Positions 1 through 8,869 of a stretch of DNA of 64,000 bases are shown one piece after another (the first letter of the stretch is position 1; each line of letters starts with the position of its first letter). A program made the position numbers and the translations under genes. Source of the DNA: Methanospirillum sp. (GTDB lineage Archaea > Halobacteriota > Methanomicrobia > Methanomicrobiales > Methanospirillaceae); NCBI RefSeq assembly GCF_041859935.1, contig NZ_JBFLGE010000002.1; one strand, 5' to 3'. The notes under the pieces are model-generated. The model searched no databases. It was not told where the DNA came from and saw only the letters and a list, made by a program, of their open reading frames with translations.

Positions 1-1
1 T

Positions 2-31
2 GGCGGTGAACTGCTCGGATACGTATACTGA
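2..31 (+). CDS. rps8: 3' end of ribosomal protein uS8 gene (partial, enters from window start)
   Basis: Open frame GGELLGYVY* ending at TGA 29-31, directly upstream of uL6 as in the archaeal S8-L6-L32e-L19e-L18-S5-L30-L15-SecY order. Confidence 0.5.
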   Translation, partial: GGELLGYVY

Positions 32-39
32 GGGAAAGA

Positions 40-570
40 ATGGCTGTTGAAAAAGTAGTACCCATCCCCTCGGGAGTATCTGTCACGATGGAAGGGACCG
101 TCCTGAATGTAAAAGGATCAAAAGGAGAACTTCAGCGTGACATGTGGTTTCCGGGCATTAACATCACTATAGGCTCCGAAGACGTCAGATTTTTCACTAA
201 ATCAGAGAAAAAAGCCGTCACTTCAATGGTAGGAACCCTTGCAAGCCACTGCTCTAACATGTGCACTGGTGTTACCTTAGGATACCTGTACAGCATGAAA
301 GTGGTATACAGTCACTTTCCTATCCAGATCAAAGTGGTTGGAGATACCCTTGAAATTGTGAATTTCCTTGGAGAAAAGCACCCAAGATATGCACGTATAC
401 TCCCTGGAACATCAGTCAAAGTCGGAAGTGATGAGGTAACTGTAACTGGTATCAACAAAGAATTTGTAGGTTCCACTGCAGCAAATATAGAGCGTGCAAC
501 CCGTATCCGGAAACGTGACCCACGTGTATTCCAGGATGGTATATATATTGTCGCACGGGGTGAGCAGTAA
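40..570 (+). CDS. rpl6: 50S ribosomal protein uL6
   Basis: 176 aa; typical archaeal L6 sequence (two repeated L6 domains, ...RKRDPRVFQDGIYIV end) and cluster position. Confidence 0.95.
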   Translation: MAVEKVVPIPSGVSVTMEGTVLNVKGSKGELQRDMWFPGINITIGSEDVRFFTKSEKKAVTSMVGTLASHCSNMCTGVTLGYLYSMKVVYSHFPIQIKVVGDTLEIVNFLGEKHPRYARILPGTSVKVGSDEVTVTGINKEFVGSTAANIERATRIRKRDPRVFQDGIYIVARGEQ

Positions 571-1019
571 TGGCAGATGAAATCCGCCGGCTTTTAAAGG
601 TACGGAAATCAAAAGATGCACGTTTTAAACGCGAGGGCGTTGACAAGAAGGACAGGATCAAGGATTCCTGGAGACGTCCCCGCGGTCTTCACAGCAAACA
701 ACGCAGGCAGAAAAAGGCAAAAGGTCCGCTTCCAACCCCTGGTTACGGAAGTCCGCTTGCTGTAAGAGGAATGCACCCGTGTGGTCTCAGGGAAGTCCGT
801 GTGTTTAACCTGAATGACCTTGAAGGAGTTAATCCATCTACGCATGCCATCAGGATCGCTGCAACTGTAGGTCGCAAAAAGCGCGAACTGGTGCAGAATA
901 AAGCAGCAGAGCTGAACATTCGTATTCTGAACTGGAAAGATGCAACTCATCCGGGTAAAAAGAGGGTTGCAACTGATACTGTTGCAATCGAAGAGGATCA
1001 TAACGAGGAGGAAGAGTAA
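570..1019 (+). CDS. rpl32e: 50S ribosomal protein eL32
   Basis: 149 aa; WRRPRGLHSKQR and GYGSP..VRG motifs typical of L32e; ATGA-type overlap with rpl6. Confidence 0.93.
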   Translation: MADEIRRLLKVRKSKDARFKREGVDKKDRIKDSWRRPRGLHSKQRRQKKAKGPLPTPGYGSPLAVRGMHPCGLREVRVFNLNDLEGVNPSTHAIRIAATVGRKKRELVQNKAAELNIRILNWKDATHPGKKRVATDTVAIEEDHNEEEE

Positions 1020-1466
1020 ATGAGTCAGATTTCTGGTCAGAGACACCTCGCTGCAAATGTTCTTGGATGTGGAGTGAACCGGGTATGGTTCAACCCTGAA
1101 AAGATAACAGAAATTGAGCAGGCTATCTCAAGGGAAGACATCAGAAACCTGATCCAGGATGGTGCTATTGCAGCCCACCAGAAGCGGGGAAACTCCCGTG
1201 GCAGAGCCCGTGTAAAAATGGCCAAACGCAGTTATGGTCATTGTAAGGGTCCCGGTCGCAGGAAAGGAGCCGCCGGATCACGTACAAATAGTAAAGATCG
1301 CTGGATTCAGCGTATCCGTGCCCAGCGTCGTGTTCTCCGTGAACTTCGTGAGTCAGGAGAGATAGATCGCTCGGTTTACAGGAAATTTTACCGCCGTGCA
1401 GCAGGAGGACAGTTCAGAACTATCTCCCACATGAAAGCACAGATTGAGATAGGGAGGGAACAGTAA
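1020..1466 (+). CDS. rpl19e: 50S ribosomal protein eL19
   Basis: 148 aa; [22 protein letters not shown]-terminus and basic RGxxRG repeats typical of L19e. Confidence 0.93.
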   Translation: MSQISGQRHLAANVLGCGVNRVWFNPEKITEIEQAISREDIRNLIQDGAIAAHQKRGNSRGRARVKMAKRSYGHCKGPGRRKGAAGSRTNSKDRWIQRIRAQRRVLRELRESGEIDRSVYRKFYRRAAGGQFRTISHMKAQIEIGREQ

Positions 1467-1993
1467 TGGCAACAGGTCCACGTTACTTCGTAGCATTTCG
1501 CCGCCGGCGTGAAGGAAGAACCAATTATCATACCAGGACGAGGCTTGTTGTAGCTACAAAGCCACGCATGGTTGTACGGAAGACTAACAGGCACATCATA
1601 TGCCAGGTAATTACTGCACACATGGATGGGGACAGAACCCATGTTGCAGCAAATTCTTCAGAACTCCGGAAATTCGGGTATGAAGGATCACTAAACAACA
1701 CTCCTGCAGCATATCTCACCGGGATGCTTCTTGCAGTCAGGGCTTTAAAAGCCGGTCAGGAAGGAGTCATCCTGGACATTGGTCTTCACCGTGCAACCCG
1801 GGGTGCCCGGGTATTTGCTGCCCTGAAAGGTGCAGTGGAAGCTGGTTTTGATATCCCTCACAATGAGGAGATTCTTCCGGCAGATGAGCGGTGTAAAGGA
1901 GAACACATTGCGAACTATGCTCCGGACCGGGCTGGCAGCCTTCCTGCGAATGTTGCAGCGACGGTTGACGCTATCATGGGGGAGCTGAACTGA
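1466..1993 (+). CDS. rpl18: 50S ribosomal protein uL18
   Basis: 175 aa; [19 protein letters not shown]-terminus typical of archaeal L18. Confidence 0.93.
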   Translation: MATGPRYFVAFRRRREGRTNYHTRTRLVVATKPRMVVRKTNRHIICQVITAHMDGDRTHVAANSSELRKFGYEGSLNNTPAAYLTGMLLAVRALKAGQEGVILDIGLHRATRGARVFAALKGAVEAGFDIPHNEEILPADERCKGEHIANYAPDRAGSLPANVAATVDAIMGELN

Positions 1994-1994
1994 T

Positions 1995-2612
1995 ATGGCA
2001 TTTGACAAGTCAGAATGGGTGCCCCTGACCGGCCTTGGACGTATGGTCCAGGCAGGGGAGATAAAGAGTATTGACGAGATACTCGGCAGCGGGAAACCCA
2101 TCAAGGAACCTGAGATCGTTGATGCATTCCTCCCTGATCTCGTCGATGAGGTGCTCGACATCAATATGGTACAGCGGATGACCGACTCTGGTCGTCGGGT
2201 AAAATTCAGAGCTGTTGTAGTTGTTGGAAATCGTGACGGGTATGTCGGATTCGGACAGGGAAAAGACTCTCAGGTAGGCGATGCAATCAAGAAAGCTATC
2301 ATAAACGCCAAGATTAACCTGATAAAAGTCCGCCGTGGATGCGGCTCCTGGGAATGTGGATGTAATAACCCGCACTCAATCCCGATGCTTGTCACCGGTA
2401 ATGGAGGAAGTGTCAGAGTAACACTTCGTCCGGCACCCCAGGGAATCGGTCTTGTAACTGGAGATATCGGAAAGAAAGTTCTTGAACTTGCAGGCATCAG
2501 CGATGTCTGGGCACAGACTCAGGGACAGACCCGGACCACCATCAACTACGCAAAAGCAACCTTCAATGCATTAAAAGCAACGAACATGATTCGCTTTGGA
2601 GGAGTGGAGTGA
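1995..2612 (+). CDS. rps5: 30S ribosomal protein uS5
   Basis: 205 aa; S5 dsRBD and C-terminal domain motifs ([23 protein letters not shown]). Confidence 0.93.
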   Translation: MAFDKSEWVPLTGLGRMVQAGEIKSIDEILGSGKPIKEPEIVDAFLPDLVDEVLDINMVQRMTDSGRRVKFRAVVVVGNRDGYVGFGQGKDSQVGDAIKKAIINAKINLIKVRRGCGSWECGCNNPHSIPMLVTGNGGSVRVTLRPAPQGIGLVTGDIGKKVLELAGISDVWAQTQGQTRTTINYAKATFNALKATNMIRFGGVE

Positions 2613-3073
2613 TGTATGCGGTTGTACAGGTCCGCGGAACGGTAAAAACCCGTCGTGAGATCAAAGACACCTTAAAGATGCTTCGTTTGCATCACATCAA
2701 CCACTGCGTAATGATTCCTGATACACCGGCATATATTGGTATGATCCGGAAAGTCAAGGATTATATTGCATATGGCGAAGTAAGTGCAAAAACCCTTGAG
2801 GAACTGCTTGTAAACCGTGGGCGTCTTGTCGGAGACATCCGTCTTACCGATGAGTATGTCAGGGAAAACTCCCAGTACAATGGAATTTCCGAATTTGCAG
2901 AAGCAGTTGCCAGTGGACAGGCCAGATTGACAGATGTTCCCGGCCTGAAACCGGTGCTCCGTCTTCACCCGCCACGTAAAGGGCATAAGACTACGAAGAG
3001 GACCGTCCAGCAGGGTGGTTCCCTGGGCTATCACGGGGAGAATATCAACGATCTCCTCTACAAGATGAGGTAA
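2609..3073 (+). CDS. rpl30: 50S ribosomal protein uL30
   Basis: 154 aa; [26 protein letters not shown] typical of archaeal L30; 4-nt overlap with rps5. Confidence 0.92.
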   Translation: MMYAVVQVRGTVKTRREIKDTLKMLRLHHINHCVMIPDTPAYIGMIRKVKDYIAYGEVSAKTLEELLVNRGRLVGDIRLTDEYVRENSQYNGISEFAEAVASGQARLTDVPGLKPVLRLHPPRKGHKTTKRTVQQGGSLGYHGENINDLLYKMR

Positions 3074-3078
3074 TTGCA

Positions 3079-3510
3079 ATGCCAGTAAATAAGCGTTCCA
3101 AGTACCGGGGTTCCAGGACCTGTGGTGGTGGAACCCACAAAAACCGCCGTGGTGCAGGGAACCGTGGTGGTCGTGGAAGAGGAGGAAGCAGGGATCACAA
3201 ATTCATCCGCGGAGTTGTCCATGCAAACTGGACCTATGGAACCTGTGGGTTTAAACACCATCACCGTTCATCCTCAACCAGCAATGTTCTGGATATCGGC
3301 CATATAGATTTGATTCTCCCGTCACTCATTGAACAGGGGACTGCAACCCTTGACGACGATGTAATCGTTCTTAATGCAGCAGATATTGGAATAGATAAGG
3401 TTCTTGGTGGTGGTCGTGTCACCAGTAAGATGAATATCACCGCAGAGGCGTTCTCCCAGTCAGCGATCCAAAAGATCGAGGCAAAGGGTGGTCACGCCCT
3501 GCTCTCCTGA
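3079..3510 (+). CDS. rpl15: 50S ribosomal protein uL15
   Basis: 143 aa; G/R-rich N-terminus (RGSRTCGGGTHKNRRGAGNRGGRG) typical of L15; cluster position. Confidence 0.9.
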   Translation: MPVNKRSKYRGSRTCGGGTHKNRRGAGNRGGRGRGGSRDHKFIRGVVHANWTYGTCGFKHHHRSSSTSNVLDIGHIDLILPSLIEQGTATLDDDVIVLNAADIGIDKVLGGGRVTSKMNITAEAFSQSAIQKIEAKGGHALLS

Positions 3511-3532
3511 TTTACTACCTGGGAGGTTCTGA

Positions 3533-4972
3533 ATGGGTGAGATACTCGACCGGATGGAGCCAATTCTGGCCAAAATGCCGGCAGTCAAAACGCCAGAAGG
3601 CCATGTTCACTTTAAGAACAAACTTGCCTGGACAGCAGCAATCTTAATTCTATATTTTGCGCTCACGAATATTCCTGTATTCGGACTTTCTCCTGAATCA
3701 CAGGATATGTTCCAGTACTTCCGTGCTCTTCTTGCAGGTTCAAGCGGGTCGATTGTCCACTTGGGTATCGGTCCTATTGTAACTGCTTCAATCGTTTTAC
3801 AGCTCCTCAAAGGTGCTGACCTTATACATATTGATACCTCTGAAATCAGGGGTCAGATCCAGTACATGGGCCTTCAGAAACTCATGATCTTCATCATGAT
3901 TGCTGTAGAAGCCCTGCCCATGATTATCGGAGGATTTTTAAAGCCTGATCCTGCAGTTGCAACTGCATTATTCGGAGGTAACAGCGGAGTCCTGGCGATT
4001 CTTATCTTCATCCAGATATGTTTGGGAGGTGTTCTCATCTTCCTGATGGATGAAGTTGTAACCAAATGGGGTATTGGTTCCGGCGTCGGTCTCTTTATTA
4101 TTGCCGGTATATCTGAAGCACTCATCAATGGTTTCATAAACTGGGCTCCTGTCAACGACATGTACCCGGTCGGCTTCTTCCCCCGTCTCTTTGCTGTAGT
4201 GTTGGATGGGGCGAATATCATCCAGTACTTTGGAACAGATCTCATTGCATTCATTACAACTATAGCAATATTCCTGCTCATCGTGTATGTTGAATCCTGC
4301 AGGGTTGAGATTCCACTGGCACATACCCAGGTTCGTGGTGCCAGGGCACGATTCCCGGTCAAACTCATCTATGCCAGTGTGCTGCCGATGATTCTTGTCC
4401 GTGTTCTGCAGGCAAATGTCCAAATGATAGGATTATTCCTGAATAATGTTGGTATCACAATCTTTGGAACCTTTGAAGGCCAGACCCCGACCGGCGGTCT
4501 GATGTGGTATCTTGCTCCTGTCAATCATCCATCTGACTGGATGTGGTGGATGTCGAACTTTGTCGGGGGACATGCACCATGGGAGGTTCTTACCAGGCTT
4601 GGTATTGATGCACTCATCATGGTCGTGGGAGGTGCAGTATTTGCACTGTTCTGGGTAAAGACTGCAGGTCTTGATTCAAAGGCAGTTGCCCGTCAGATTC
4701 AGCTCTCCGGGATGTCAATCCCCGGGTACCGTAGAAACCCGGCTGTCCTTGAAAAGGTTCTTGACCGTTATATCCCCCGTGTAACTGTAATTGGCGGAGT
4801 GTTCATTGGTTTAATGTCGGTAGTGGCAAACCTCTTTGGTGTGATTGGTTCTGTATCAGGAACTGGTCTTTTGCTTACCGTTTCAATTACTTACCGGTTA
4901 TATGAACAGATAGCCAGTGAACAGATCATGGAAATGTATCCGTTCATGCGAACATTCTTTGGTAAGGAATAA
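3533..4972 (+). CDS. secY: Preprotein translocase subunit SecY
   Basis: 479 aa polytopic membrane protein with SecY-like TM pattern, follows rpl15 as in all archaea. Confidence 0.95.
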   Translation: MGEILDRMEPILAKMPAVKTPEGHVHFKNKLAWTAAILILYFALTNIPVFGLSPESQDMFQYFRALLAGSSGSIVHLGIGPIVTASIVLQLLKGADLIHIDTSEIRGQIQYMGLQKLMIFIMIAVEALPMIIGGFLKPDPAVATALFGGNSGVLAILIFIQICLGGVLIFLMDEVVTKWGIGSGVGLFIIAGISEALINGFINWAPVNDMYPVGFFPRLFAVVLDGANIIQYFGTDLIAFITTIAIFLLIVYVESCRVEIPLAHTQVRGARARFPVKLIYASVLPMILVRVLQANVQMIGLFLNNVGITIFGTFEGQTPTGGLMWYLAPVNHPSDWMWWMSNFVGGHAPWEVLTRLGIDALIMVVGGAVFALFWVKTAGLDSKAVARQIQLSGMSIPGYRRNPAVLEKVLDRYIPRVTVIGGVFIGLMSVVANLFGVIGSVSGTGLLLTVSITYRLYEQIASEQIMEMYPFMRTFFGKE

Positions 4973-4985
4973 GAGAGAAACCAGT

Positions 4986-5558
4986 ATGACCGGGAAGAAA
5001 GTCATCATTACCGGAGTGCCCGGGGTCGGCAAGACCTCGGTCATTATCGAGTCAATAAGACTGCTTGAAGAAGGAGGGGTGTCATATCAAAGCATTAATT
5101 TTGGCACCTTCATGTTTGAAGTAGCACAAAAGGAGAACATCGTCAAAGATCGCGACGAAATGCGAAAACTTGACAAAAATGCCCAAAAAAGACTTCAACA
5201 GCTTGCTTCACAGGCGATCGCCCGGATCGATGGTAATGTTATCATCGATACTCATGCTTCAGTAAAAACTCCGGTAGGATTCCTTGCAGGTCTTCCTGAA
5301 TGGGTTCTTAAAGAGTTAAAACCTGATCTGATTATCCTGGTTGAGACTGATTCAGACCAGATCCTAAAGCGCAGATTGTCTGATGAGACTCGTGTCAGGG
5401 ATATCGAGGGGTACAGGGATATCCAGGATCATCAGGATTTCAACCGTGCAGTTGCAGCATCATATGCGATGCTTACCGGCTGCACAATTCGATATATTAA
5501 AAATTCTGACTTCCTGCTCGAAAAAGCAGTTGAAGATATGGTTCAGGTTCTTAGGTAA
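4986..5558 (+). CDS. adkA: Adenylate kinase, archaeal type
   Basis: P-loop GVPGVGKTS at the N-terminus from ATG 4986. The longer ORF from 4917 overlaps secY and adds non-homologous residues. Confidence 0.88.
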   Translation: MTGKKVIITGVPGVGKTSVIIESIRLLEEGGVSYQSINFGTFMFEVAQKENIVKDRDEMRKLDKNAQKRLQQLASQAIARIDGNVIIDTHASVKTPVGFLAGLPEWVLKELKPDLIILVETDSDQILKRRLSDETRVRDIEGYRDIQDHQDFNRAVAASYAMLTGCTIRYIKNSDFLLEKAVEDMVQVLR

Positions 5559-5563
5559 ACTTC

Positions 5564-6169
5564 ATGGCAGGATCGAAATCATCAACTTCGAGTATGATGC
5601 CCCTTATTCTGGCCATGGGGCTTTTATTTATTGCCAGTATTGAGAACGTCCGTACCACAATTGGCACTTCACTCAATCTTGTTCTTGGGCCACTTGTGGA
5701 CACGTTTCAAATTCCTTTTTATATTGTGATCATTATTCTCTCCACAATGACTGGTTTTTACTCCTCTATCATTCAAAAATATACTATCGATTATAAAAGG
5801 ATGAAAGAGACGCAAAACCGGATGAAGGTATTTCAAAAAGAATACCGGGAAGCAATGCTCTCACAAGATGAGAAGACGATAAAAAAACTTGAAGCAAAAC
5901 GCTCAAAAATGATGCAGGAACAGATGGAGATGAGCCAGTCCCAGTTCAAGCCTATGGGATATATCATGGTCATCACTCTTCCGATATTCTTCTGGCTTAT
6001 ATTCCGTCTCAACAATTTTGAAGCAATGATTAACATGCCTTTCTTTGGTCATGTTCTTCTTACTGATCAAATCCTTGGTCCTGCTCCTGCATGGATTATC
6101 TGGTACATGCTCTGTTCCCTCACCCTGTCACAGGTAATCAGGAAGGCACTTGATATCGGGGGCCTTTAA
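5564..6169 (+). CDS. DUF106 (EMC3/TMCO1/YidC-like) membrane protein
   Basis: 201 aa; TM - charged coiled-coil (KRMKETQNRMKVFQKEYREA) - TM layout typical of archaeal DUF106; conserved position between adk and cmk. Confidence 0.8.
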   Translation: MAGSKSSTSSMMPLILAMGLLFIASIENVRTTIGTSLNLVLGPLVDTFQIPFYIVIIILSTMTGFYSSIIQKYTIDYKRMKETQNRMKVFQKEYREAMLSQDEKTIKKLEAKRSKMMQEQMEMSQSQFKPMGYIMVITLPIFFWLIFRLNNFEAMINMPFFGHVLLTDQILGPAPAWIIWYMLCSLTLSQVIRKALDIGGL

Positions 6170-6705
6170 TGCGTATTACGGTCAGTGGTCTTCCAGGGAG
6201 TGGAACAACCTCACTCACCTATCATCTTGCAGAAATCCACCGGTTTGATGTTATTTCTGCTGGAGAAGTCTTCAGGCAGATGGCAAAGGAGCGTGAACTT
6301 TCACTTGCAGACTTTGGGATATTCTGCAAAGAAGATCCATCGGTAGACAAACTGATCGATGAACGTCAGCATGAGATAGTCCTTTCAAATTCTCATATTA
6401 TCGCTGAAGGAAGACTTTCCGGCTGGATGATTCCTGAAGCAGACTTGAAAATATGGCTTAAAGCTTCGCTTGAATGCAGAGTCATGCGCATTTTTGATAG
6501 GGATAAATTCTCTGATCCCCAGGCAGCCATGCAGGAGACAAAAGACCGGGAAGAATGTGAAGCTCTTCGCTATAAACAATACTACGATATTGATATCAGT
6601 TCACTAAGTCCATATCACCTGGTTTTAGATTCTGAGATGTGGACTGTGGAACAATTGGGGAATATCGTATCTTCAGCAATTGAAACATTGCAAAAAAATG
6701 AATAA
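6169..6705 (+). CDS. cmk: Cytidylate (CMP) kinase, archaeal type
   Basis: 178 aa; MRITVSGLPGSGTTS P-loop; conserved neighbourhood. Confidence 0.88.
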   Translation: MRITVSGLPGSGTTSLTYHLAEIHRFDVISAGEVFRQMAKERELSLADFGIFCKEDPSVDKLIDERQHEIVLSNSHIIAEGRLSGWMIPEADLKIWLKASLECRVMRIFDRDKFSDPQAAMQETKDREECEALRYKQYYDIDISSLSPYHLVLDSEMWTVEQLGNIVSSAIETLQKNE

Positions 6706-6785
6706 TTTTCATTAATTTATTTACTTCACTCATCTCTAAGGATAGTATATACATTTCCCGCACACTTGCACGGAGTATCTTATAC

Positions 6786-8831
6786 ATGGCTGGAATTGAA
6801 AAAAGCCTGATAAAAAGAGTAATGGTAGCAGTCATCAGCCTTTTTTTTCTGGTTCATGCTGTTTCTATAGTATGCGGAGCAGATGATATCTTCTCTTCAG
6901 GCGGAACAACCATTGTCGGTTATTATAAGGGTGATCACGTATCAGACACGATTCCCTCGTCAATGGAGGCTGGTACATCTTACCCTGTTGTCATCACATT
7001 TCAAAATAACGGGATGGTCTCCTGGGAATGGGGTGTTGAAAAGTTTGGCCTTTTATACCAGGGATTACAGTCATCAATCACCGTTGACCCGGTTTTTTCA
7101 CCAATTCCTCTGGGTGTGAAGGTTGGTACACAGGAGACCATCTCCTTCCCCTTCGTTCTTGTCCCTCCTGAAAAGCCAGGTGAATATGAGCTCAGTTTTT
7201 CAATGTCAACCAGGAAGGGCGAAGATAAGTATACGCCTTTTTCAAACGGGTTTACTAAAAGGATCATGGTAATCCCAAAAGAAGGGGTATCTTCCGGAAA
7301 TGTAGGTTCAATAATCATCAATTCAAACCCTTCAGGTGCAATGGTCAGAATGGGCAGTGAGGAAAAAGGGAATACTCCGCTCACCCTGCCTGACCTGAAT
7401 CCTGCAAAATACGAAATTACAATTCTTCACCCTGATTATGACAATAAATGGACACAGGTTCAGGTTCAGCCAGGTTCAGTCAGCAGGGTAACTGTTGATC
7501 TGACTTCTTCAGAAAAACCAACTGTATCAACAGAACAGCTCATGAGGTTCACACCGCTTGGCTGGCTGATGGATAATTTTTCTCTCATCATCATCAGTAT
7601 TATCATCCTTTTTTTTGGGTTCCAGGTCATCATGATGGACACGAAAAGAATCCCGGAGCATCACCCGTTACGACAGTATACCCGTCCATTCATTCTTCTT
7701 ACTCCTTCATCTGATGGAAAAAGCAGGTTTCATCGCGGAGACAGGAAAACCAGTAAAGGAGGTATTGCCTCTGGTGGTTCTGATACTTCCGGGATTGCTG
7801 ACGGGACTGAAGGAAGAAAACAGGGGAAAACAGCCGGTTCAGATTCTGGTGCAAGGAAAAATATCCGTGACAGGACAACAAGGCGGGAAGGAGAAGTTTT
7901 AGATAAAAAATCTATTGAAATTGAAGAAGAAGATATCGCGCCTGAAGTTCGGGATGTAGACCAGAAAACAAAAGAGATGGAAGGAATGTGGGGATTTCCC
8001 CATTCTCTTCGTGACCGGTACGAACCACTTGGTGTTGCCGGGGATGATTCATATGCCCGTATCTACAAGGTTCGAAAAAAAGAAGGAGGTGCTGTCCGTG
8101 CCCTCAAGGTTGGCCATTTAAAAGAGCTGGGGAGTGAAATTTTACAGAAAGAATCAGCAGTCTGGAGATCACTCAGACATCCAAATATTGTGCCTCTTTT
8201 CAGATATGAATTCCTGGACGACATGACTTATCTTGAAAATGAGTATCTGAACGGAATATCATACAAAGGCGTTGTTTACACCTCATTATCCGGACTTCCA
8301 AAACCTTTAAGGGAGCAGTATGCAGTGTCCCTTGTCCGTGATATCGCTGAAGGGTTGAGATATGTCCATGAGATTGGCGTCCGCCATTATCATCTGCAGA
8401 CTGGTAATATTCTTCTTACTCCCAAGCTCCGTGCCAGGGTATCAGGGTTTGCAAGAGGGAAAAATGAAATCGGATTCTCCATCAAGGATTCGGATGTCAA
8501 AGATGCAACTGCTGCGTACATTACCCCTGAACAGAAAGATGGGGAAGAATATGGTAATCCCGGGCGACGGACAGATATCTACCAGTTGGGTGTTATCTTT
8601 TATGAACTGCTAACAGGTTGTCTTCCATATAGTCCTGAGGCATTTCAAAAATCAGGTCATGAAGGAATATACGAGGATCATGCAGAAGAACTGATCCTGC
8701 CATCTGTTTTCAGAAAAAGTCTTGAAAAATATGATCCTGTCCTGATACATATGTTATCGAGAAAAAAGTCTGGTCGTTATTACCTCATTGATGAACTAAT
8801 TGTTGATCTTGATAATATCGGGAAGACCTGA
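6786..8831 (+). CDS. Receptor-like membrane protein 1: signal peptide, Ig-like module, PEGA domain, TM helix, disordered linker, kinase-like (predicted pseudokinase) domain
   Basis: 681 aa. Hydrophobic N-terminus. PEGA-like GSIIINSNPSGAMVRM..GNTPLTLPDLNPAKYEITI. TM FSLIIISIIILFFGFQVIMM. C-terminus has kinase-like landmarks VRALKV, RHPNIV, TPE, TDIYQLGVIFYELLTG, but HYH replaces HRD and SGF replaces DFG. Confidence 0.75.
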   Translation: MAGIEKSLIKRVMVAVISLFFLVHAVSIVCGADDIFSSGGTTIVGYYKGDHVSDTIPSSMEAGTSYPVVITFQNNGMVSWEWGVEKFGLLYQGLQSSITVDPVFSPIPLGVKVGTQETISFPFVLVPPEKPGEYELSFSMSTRKGEDKYTPFSNGFTKRIMVIPKEGVSSGNVGSIIINSNPSGAMVRMGSEEKGNTPLTLPDLNPAKYEITILHPDYDNKWTQVQVQPGSVSRVTVDLTSSEKPTVSTEQLMRFTPLGWLMDNFSLIIISIIILFFGFQVIMMDTKRIPEHHPLRQYTRPFILLTPSSDGKSRFHRGDRKTSKGGIASGGSDTSGIADGTEGRKQGKTAGSDSGARKNIRDRTTRREGEVLDKKSIEIEEEDIAPEVRDVDQKTKEMEGMWGFPHSLRDRYEPLGVAGDDSYARIYKVRKKEGGAVRALKVGHLKELGSEILQKESAVWRSLRHPNIVPLFRYEFLDDMTYLENEYLNGISYKGVVYTSLSGLPKPLREQYAVSLVRDIAEGLRYVHEIGVRHYHLQTGNILLTPKLRARVSGFARGKNEIGFSIKDSDVKDATAAYITPEQKDGEEYGNPGRRTDIYQLGVIFYELLTGCLPYSPEAFQKSGHEGIYEDHAEELILPSVFRKSLEKYDPVLIHMLSRKKSGRYYLIDELIVDLDNIGKT

Positions 8832-8869
8832 ACCGGTAGTATAAATAGGCTGTACACATACCTGATTCT

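Noticed and set aside
4917-4985. N-terminal 23-aa extension of adenylate kinase overlapping the end of secY
   Set aside because: The P-loop begins right after the internal ATG at 4986, as in other archaeal AdkA proteins. The extension is non-homologous and overlaps secY coding sequence.
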